A DNA stretch of 21,872 nucleotides from a virus (Duplodnaviria > Heunggongvirae > Uroviricota > Caudoviricetes): the IMG/VR virus record IMGVR_UViG_3300042391_000580. One strand, written 5' to 3'. The position numbers were made by a program, and so were the translations under genes. The notes below the pieces were generated by a model that was given only the letters and a program-made list of their open reading frames with translations, was not told where the DNA came from and searched no databases. The number at the start of each line of letters is the position of its first letter. The stretch's first letter is position 1. Below are positions 8,310-16,200 of the stretch, piece by piece.

Positions 8310-8753
8310 TTACGGTGTTGGTGTTTGAGTGTTATCTAATAAGTATTGTAGTAGTTGTCCTAATGTAGTTATTGGGGTGCTACAAGCATCTAGTATACCA
8401 GTTAAGTCTACACAGTCTGTGATAATTTTATCACATATTGCTTCGTTTTCTAGATAGGTTACTCTGTCCTTTAAGTTACATATTTCTTCTTCGTATTTTA
8501 TTAATACGTTTTTTACAATTGTTTTTCCACCTTCTTGTACGTAAGTCAAGCAATCATTACCTAAAGCTGATAAATCAATTTCTGATTTAATACCACCTAC
8601 TAAATTGTATAGGTCTTCTGTTGTTTCTTCTATTGTAATGCACTCCTGACCTACCAAGCTTGAAAATGCTGGTACCTCTAGTTCGTAGTAAGTACATGTG
8701 GCATAAGTTTTTTCACCACACATGTGTTTAATTTTGTTTCCGCAATTTTTCAT
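8310..8753 (-). CDS. Cys-rich structural protein (147 aa)
   Basis: 9 Cys; C-x7-C-T-Y-Y motif related to the 122 and 673 aa proteins; short coiled coil (EEICNLKDRVTYLE). Confidence 0.65.
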   Translation of the reverse strand: MKNCGNKIKHMCGEKTYATCTYYELEVPAFSSLVGQECITIEETTEDLYNLVGGIKSEIDLSALGNDCLTYVQEGGKTIVKNVLIKYEEEICNLKDRVTYLENEAICDKIITDCVDLTGILDACSTPITTLGQLLQYLLDNTQTPTP

Positions 8754-8884
8754 CCTTGTCCTCGATTTAGTTTTAAATAATTTTTTGATGTTTTTAGTTT
8801 AGAAGTTTTGCTTTTTGCGTGTACTCCTGGTCTTTTTACTTTAGGTTTAGCTTCAAATGATGCTGTGTTAGTTTTTACTGCCAT
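8750..8884 (-). CDS. 44 aa basic microprotein
   Basis: Below the ORF-track cut-off. Translation: MAVKTNTASFEAKPKVKRPGVHAKSKTSKLKTSKNYLKLNRGQG*. A-rich leader; fills the only sizeable gap in the island; its TGA overlaps the next ATG (ATGA, 8753-8750). Confidence 0.85.
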   Translation of the reverse strand: MAVKTNTASFEAKPKVKRPGVHAKSKTSKLKTSKNYLKLNRGQG

Positions 8885-8906
8885 TTTTTATTTTTTATTA
8901 TAATTA

Positions 8907-9416
8907 TTATCCTTTACAAGGGCTTATTTCTTGTAGTCCACTCTTAGGAGAGTAAAATCCAACATAGGTATTATCTGATATTTTACCTTCATATTCAATA
9001 GGTTGTTTTAAATCTTCGTCTACGTAAATAAAAGCAGCCTTTGAAAAATCATCATTGTCTAAATAAAACTCTCCTATCTCTTTACCAAAACAGTCGTTAA
9101 AAATAAAAACTGCCCTTTTTCTGAGTCTTATGTCAGGTCTTTCTATTAATAGAATGTCTATCGGGAGTATTACACCTGCCATTAGTTCTTCAAAAGTAGC
9201 TCCTGTTACTACTATTTTACTACGGAATAGTATGGCGTAAGGTAGGGTTATAAAATTGCCGCTTGGTATACTATCTGCTTGTGTTGTACTTTCTATATTT
9301 CTTAGATCGTAATAGATTATTGCTTTGTCTGCTGTTGTAAAACGGTCTTGTGTTTGTACTTCTGTCTGTGTGGCAGTTCCTGCATTCGTCTCTAAGAATT
9401 GTATGTTATATGTCAT
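8907..9416 (-). CDS. Hypothetical protein (169 aa), probably virion-associated
   Basis: ORF track, A-rich leader, tight packing. No family recognised with confidence. Confidence 0.5.
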   Translation of the reverse strand: MTYNIQFLETNAGTATQTEVQTQDRFTTADKAIIYYDLRNIESTTQADSIPSGNFITLPYAILFRSKIVVTGATFEELMAGVILPIDILLIERPDIRLRKRAVFIFNDCFGKEIGEFYLDNDDFSKAAFIYVDEDLKQPIEYEGKISDNTYVGFYSPKSGLQEISPCKG

Positions 9417-9428
9417 TTTATTATTTTT

Positions 9429-9848
9429 TTAGCAATAGCTCCAACTAATTCCTTGATCTGTCAATACAGTTGAAGGACTGTCTATTTCCCAAGTATTGTA
9501 AACATTAGTATCAAACATTGGTTCATAATACAAGTACTCGTACCAGAAATTGGTTACATCAATCATCACAAAATATAGTGGGCCACTCCCATTTGTAGCA
9601 TAATAAAGTCCGTCATTCCCTGTGTAAATATCCCAGTAATCATAGTTACAAGGGTCTCCTGCGTAGAATGAATTAAAGTAAGTATAAGTTACTTCACCTC
9701 CTGAACTATATCCGTAAAACTCACTAACACTATCAGGAGTGGAGAATCCAGCTGAGCTTGACATGTTTCTTAGGGAATAGGGTGTACCTGCTCCTAACTC
9801 ACTTGCTATTGCTGAAAAACTTAATTGTCCACTCCCTGGTAATGCCAT
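9429..9848 (-). CDS. Putative fibre-tip adhesin / fibre-associated protein (139 aa)
   Basis: N-terminal MALP.SG.LS.S.I..ELG....SL..MS..AG..TP.S.SEFYG.S motif, recalled from small genes that follow phage fibre genes; aromatic-rich (Y/W/F) acidic C-terminal part. Confidence 0.5.
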   Translation of the reverse strand: MALPGSGQLSFSAIASELGAGTPYSLRNMSSSAGFSTPDSVSEFYGYSSGGEVTYTYFNSFYAGDPCNYDYWDIYTGNDGLYYATNGSGPLYFVMIDVTNFWYEYLYYEPMFDTNVYNTWEIDSPSTVLTDQGISWSYC

Positions 9849-9852
9849 AATA

Positions 9853-10239
9853 TTACTTTGCTGATGTTTTTTGAGCTGGTTCTACTGCCGGTTCAACAAC
9901 TGGTTCTACAACAACTTCTTCTGTTGCCCAAGGCAAAGTAGGTTGTTTAATTACTTTAGCATCAATCTGCTTTTGTATTTGATTGTTTACATGCTCTTCA
10001 TAAGAATCTACTACTACTGACTTAATCCAGCCTAGTATTAACTCTTCTGTTAATTCTGTGTAAGGTACAAAATTTTCTGCATCAATAGATGATTGCGGAA
10101 ACGGTGTAGCTCCTACGAACTTACCTTCGTTTCCTTCTGAATCTGTTCCAATTTTTTCCCAGTACGTTTGTACTACTGCGTTTTCGACTTCTGTTGTATC
10201 CAAAGTCTTCACTCCTGTGATTTTCCAAGTGTATTCCAT
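9853..10239 (-). CDS. Putative tail-fibre assembly protein (128 aa)
   Basis: Y.W.IT..., F.PY.ELTEE.ILGW.K and terminal LPW motifs typical of small proteins encoded directly after phage fibre genes; starts 8 nt after the 2230 aa gene stop. Confidence 0.55.
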   Translation of the reverse strand: MEYTWKITGVKTLDTTEVENAVVQTYWEKIGTDSEGNEGKFVGATPFPQSSIDAENFVPYTELTEELILGWIKSVVVDSYEEHVNNQIQKQIDAKVIKQPTLPWATEEVVVEPVVEPAVEPAQKTSAK

Positions 10240-10247
10240 TTTGTTTG

Positions 10248-13200
10248 TTATTTAGTTATTAATTTGTTTACTAATTCTTTTAATTCTTCTATTTGTTTTT
10301 GTTGTTCTTTTACTGCTTCGAATAATACAGCTACTGCGTTTTGGTATTTTACAGCTTTAGTGTTATCTTCATTTGTAACTACTAATTCTGGAAATTCTAC
10401 TTCTAGCTCTTGTGCTATAAATCCTATATTGTTTTTTTCTCCACTGTCAATTCTGTCGTATAAGACTCCTCTTGAATTATTAATTCTTTCTAGTACATTT
10501 TCAATTGGTCTTATATTTTCTTTTACCGATTGATCTGAATATGCTACAATGTCATAGTCTGCGTAAATTGAGACATTGCTGACTTGTTGTGTTACTCTTA
10601 GTGGATGAGATGCTGTATTGCTTGAGCCAATTGTTATTCTAGATGTAGAAGATACGTTATCTATATGAAAAGATAATGCTGTTCTAGGTCTAAATTGTAT
10701 AGCACCATTTGTGGTGTTATTATTTAGTATGTCCATATAACCACTAGAGAACATATTAATGCTACCACTGTATGCACCTGAAAACATATTTACTCCTGCT
10801 ATTGCTTGAGCTCCTGTATTAGTATTTGTTATAGTTATACCACTTTGATAAGTTGCATCATTAAAGCTTATACTAAGTCTGTTTAAAACACTTGTACTAG
10901 CTGGATCTATATAATATGCAGTATTGGTTCTTTCATAGAATATATTAAATCTGGCACCATTACCAAGAACATCTTGAGCTGTTCCTGCAGGGCTACCTGC
11001 GTAAAAAGAGGATGTTGTATAAACCGATCCATAATAAACTCCTACAGATGGATTACCATAACTGTTTGCAAACTGTAGACCTATTGTATCTGAGCCGGAT
11101 TGTACAACTACTTTACTTGCTAAATTTGCAGCAGTTGTTGAATCAGCTGGGTTTATATAGTACGCTGTATTATTTGAGTCGTAAAATATTGGTGCTCTAA
11201 GAGAATCATTAGATTGGAAAAATCCTGTTTTACTTTGATTTGAACCTCCAGAACCAATTGCAGTTTCCCATGCTTGAAATGAACCAGCTCCATTATAACT
11301 TCTAAACCATAAGTTGTTATCATAGTAACTCATTGCCATTTGAAATCCATGGTAGTTACTTTGATTACTGTGTCTTACATTTATTGAGTTATACCAAGTA
11401 CTACTAGGCCAGTTTGAACCTCCACCATCATTCTCATAAAAACCACTATTTCTCCAATCATTAGCATTATTATGAGAAGCTATTAAAGAATTAGTTGTCA
11501 TCCAATCCGGTTTACTTGATACATTAGTCCAAGCTACTGCACTTGCTGAACCAGCATTACCAGTAATGTTTCCAGATATAGTGTTAGCTACTGTTAATCC
11601 AACTAAGTTAGAGGTACTAGTAGGATCTATAAAATAACCAGTGTTATTTGAATCATAGAATATAGGAGCTCTCATATCATCTCTTGATCTAATAGAACCT
11701 GAGATAGCTGCTAAGAAACTACCATTTTCTGTAACAAGTAATCCATGTGTATTTAAGTTTCCTGCAACTCCTCCAGCATTTGGGTGAGACCAGGCCATAC
11801 CATAAAGGTTACCAATAGAAGTCCCATCTGCAGGAAGAATATAAGCTTCTCCCATTGAAAAGACTGCTTGGTATCTAATAGAACTATATAACCCAACTTG
11901 TCCATAACCAAAATTTGTGGCAACTATATTATCACTATGATATAGCTTAGATATATTTGAAGTTAAATTAGGGTCTATATAAAAGCCAGTATTATTTGAG
12001 TCATAGAATACAGGTGCTCTAAAATCACCACTTGTCTGATATGTACCAGTACCACCTGTTTTTGAAGTAAGTGAGTCAAAAGTGTGTGTATGAGAAACAG
12101 CAGCTGCGTAAGTTCCTACATTACTTGAATCTAATACAGTTCTCCATGCTTGCCATGTTCCACTATTTTTACCTCTTATTGCTATTTGGCCAGATCTAAA
12201 ATCTCCTGCTATTTGATGTTGCCAAGCTGAGCTATATGCTTGAGAGTATAATGCTCCGTCTGTAGCGTTTCCTGTAAAGTTTGGTACACCTGCTGTATAA
12301 TAAGTAATACCATTACTTTCTAAGGTATCCGCATTTATGGCTGAGTTAGAACCTGTGTTTCTAAAAGGCATCCCATCAATTTGATCAGCACTTGTAGCTG
12401 TGGCTGCATTACCTGATATGTTTCCTGTAATTGTATTTGTAACAGTTAGTCCAAGTAAATTGCTTGTTGAAGCAGGATCTAAGTAATAGGCTGTATTGTT
12501 TGTATCATAATATATTAAAGCATACAATGCACCTCCCCCATTTACATTGACCCCATATACAGCTGGATATTGCCAAGGATTCCAAGTGCCTGCATCTCCA
12601 TTTCTTGTTCTAAATGTTATTCCATAGCCTCCACTGCTATAAGGTGCATTGAATTGTAAACCATATCCTCCAGCCTCAATGTGTGCTAAAGGTCCACTAT
12701 ACGGAGCATTGTTTGCATATGTAAATCCAGATTTACTGCCTGCTATTGTATTTGCATCATATCCTGGATTAGTTACCCATCCATCATACCACCTGTTTGT
12801 AGCTGCTGTTGCATATCCTGCAGAAGCATGGTTACCCCATGAGTAAGCTGTATTCCAGTTAGTAGAATTATCTGTAAAAGGTAATACATAAAAGTTAGCA
12901 TTAGTAGCCCCTGTATAACCAAGATCAGCTAATGTCATCGTTCTAGTTGTAATGTTTGTTACACTACCTATTGCATCTGAAGTAAACACGTCAATTACTT
13001 GTGCTCCTGATGTATCAATATTTCTTGCTGTATAAGCAGGATGAGTATACACCGTATTTGTGTCTGTAGAGGATATTGTTACAACTCCTCCGGCCCCGTA
13101 GCTTAGTGATACATTTGTTCCTGCAACTAAATCTAATGAACCATTAGAGGTAATTGTAGTTCTTTGTACACCGTTAGTTTTTAAATTCCAGTATTGGTAG

Positions 13201-16200
13201 TTATCATAGGGGTGTGTATGTGAGGCTAGTGCAAAAGCTGAAGCATGGTTACCATCTAATAAGTCAGCGTCTAATCCACTTCCTGAACCATCGTTACCTG
13301 CATGCCAAACAATACTATTATCCCAATACAATACACCATTAGTTCTCATCTCTAAAAACTTACCGACTGTGCCACTAATATGAAATGCAATACCTGTTGT
13401 TGTTGTACTATAAGATTCAGTCCATATAGCTGCTGTTGTGTAGTCGTTGTCTGCTTGAGCTTTTCTAGACTTTATTGTATTATCAGCTATTAATAAGCTT
13501 AAACTACTTGTCCCGTTTGGGTTTGTGTAATAAGCAGTATTATCTGAATCGTAGAATATTGGAGCTCTAAAATCACCACTTGTCTGATATGTACTTGTAC
13601 CACTACTCTTAGAAGTCAAAGAATCAAAAGTGTGAGTATGAGAAGTTGTAGCCGCAAAAGATCCTATGTTAGCTGAGTGAATTACTTCTCTCCAACCACT
13701 GTATTGATCATTGTCCCATTGTGTCTTAAAATAAAAGTTTCCAGTGTGTGAACCCCAAAGTTGAAAACCAAAATTAGTACCTCGCAAACTTAACATTCCA
13801 CCATAATTGTAACCCCCTGGAGGATTAGACCAGCTTCCTGTGTCACCTATTTGATCAAATCTTACAGTTCCTGCTGTAGATTGTAAGGTTTGAAAATCTC
13901 CACTTGTAGAATAGCCTCTATATAATCTAGGATCTGTGTAAGTGGTGTAGTTATCTGCATGTAATAAATTATGTGTACCTGTATTGTTTGTAAAAGTACC
14001 ATTACCTCTAATGTAAGAGCTGTACCCTAAAGTATTAGAACCTATGTATACACCATAAGATGAGTTCCAACCTATACTATCTGCCATAACATCAGAAGTT
14101 ATCCATGTAGATGTTTGAGAACCAAATGATAAATCTCCTGCTAAGTTTAACGCATTTAAGTTAGAAGTACTAGCAGCATCAATATAATAACCAGTATTGT
14201 CTGTATCATAAAATATTGGAGCTCTAGAACTTCCACTAGCTGTTACTATACCTGTAAAAAAAGCTCCTTCACTAGCAAATGAAATTCTGTGATAAACAGA
14301 ACCATTATTTTTTATGACTAAATGATGTCCATAACCATTTCCATAAGAGTAACCTAATCCATACATATTAGCTAATGGCCAAGACTCTCCAATGGTCCAA
14401 ATAACTTTGTCATTAGTTCCATTTATATTATAGTCTCCCATAAGACCTCCACTATTGTTACTAACTAAGTAATCTGAATAAGTGAATCTTCCTGCTAAAT
14501 TACCTGTATTTAAATTAGAACCTCCATCTGGATTTAGATAATATGCTGTATTATTTGAATCATAAACTATAGGGGCTCTGAAATCTCCACTTGTTTGATA
14601 AGTTCCTGTACCCCCTGTTTTTGAAGTTAGAGAGTCAAATGTGTGTGTATGGTTTGCAGCTGCTGCATAGTTTCCTATATTAACATCTGTGATATATCTT
14701 TGCCATCCTTGCCATCCTGCAGCATAAGAGGCAGTTCTGTACCAAGAGCCTCCAGTAGAATCAAAGTACACTTGACTTGCAACGTGTCCGATTTTACTGT
14801 AGTATTCCAATACTGTGCCATAGTCATCTCCTAATCCTGTGCCATTAAAATAATTGTCCCACATCTTAACAGACATAGGTTCTGTATTTCTAGGGGCAGT
14901 TGCTGGATTAAAATTAGTAGAAGGAAATAGTAATTGATTTACTGTAAATAGGTTTGTATTACTAGTAGATGCAGGATTTACATAGTAGCCTGTGTTATCT
15001 GAATCATAGAATATAGGAGCCCTAAAATCACCTACTGCTTCTGAATATGTTCCATTTAATAAAACTCTTCCTAAAGTATTTCTAATAGAAAAGTCAGTGT
15101 CTAATGCAGAGCCAAATCCTTCCCAAGCCGTTTCTGCACCACTTGTGTTTCTATAAGAAATATAACCAACTTGGGCCGCCCCAGAACTGTCGGTGTCTTG
15201 TATTACTAAAGCTGGAGATATAGATTGTACTTGTATTGAAGTACCTAGTACGGTGTCGAAACGAGAAATAAAAGCTGGGTTTACATAATAGCCTGTATTG
15301 TCCGAATCATAAAATATAGGTGCTCTAAAATCACCAGAAGTTTGGTAAGTCCCTGTTCCTAATGTTTTATTTGTTAAGTTGTTAAAATCAACACTCCCTG
15401 CAGAAGTGGCTGATCCTGTTATACTTATTGGCCATGTCCCTGTTGCGTTAGTACCATCTGTGAATGAAATGTCTTTATATGAAGAGTATGCTGTAGCTGA
15501 ACCATAAGTTTGCTGCCATATTCTCATTCCAATTGCATCCTTTCTAAACATAACTAAATTGTCAAGCCCTCCAGAAGCATCTTGATAACTTCTCATATGT
15601 AAGAAGTCTGCATAAGGGCCTGAGTTATTATTATTCCAAGATGTAAAGCCAAACTTTAATCTATTTGCTGCTAACTCACTTGGAGAAATTGTTCTGTTAT
15701 CTTCTGATATTAGTGTTCCAGAATAACCCGATATATTTGTTACAGATGTTAGGTAAGTATTTGAATCTACAGTTCCATCTGCCTTTAAAAATTGTGAAGC
15801 TGTTCCTCCTGCCTTAACAAACTTATTAGCTGTTATATCATATAGATTTGATGAAGCTGCTGGATCTAGATAATAATTTGTATTATCTGAATCGTAAAAT
15901 ATAGGTGCTCTCATATCTGCAGTTGCAGTTAAACTTCCACCACTAGAGAGAGTCATTTTTTGACTTCCATTTATTGAAAATAGGTAGCCACTTAAGCTTT
16001 GTCCATATGTTGGATTAAACTCTAATTGATGAGCTGTATTTACTTTAAAAACAGACAACACAAGTCCGTCAGCTCTTTTGCTTAAAAATTGTGCGTTATT
16101 ATCTATTATTATGTTTCCTCCAGAAACAACTAATTTTGCATAGTTTGGGTCTGTAGTTGTGCCTATTAATACGTTTGTACCATTATCATATACTAAGCTA

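Noticed and set aside
9853-9925. VEP-like low-complexity tail of the 128 aa protein (EEVVVEPVVEPAVEPA)
   Set aside because: A short disordered extension after the LPW end motif, with no evidence of function.
12012-14651. Diversity-generating retroelement template/variable repeat pair
   Set aside because: Differences between the copies are all synonymous, include non-adenine changes (TTT/TTC, GGT/GGG) and place adenines in either copy. No reverse transcriptase gene is in the window.
10932-15911. CRISPR-like repeat-spacer array
   Set aside because: The repeats are protein-coding, degenerate at third codon positions, and separated by 246-1044 nt.
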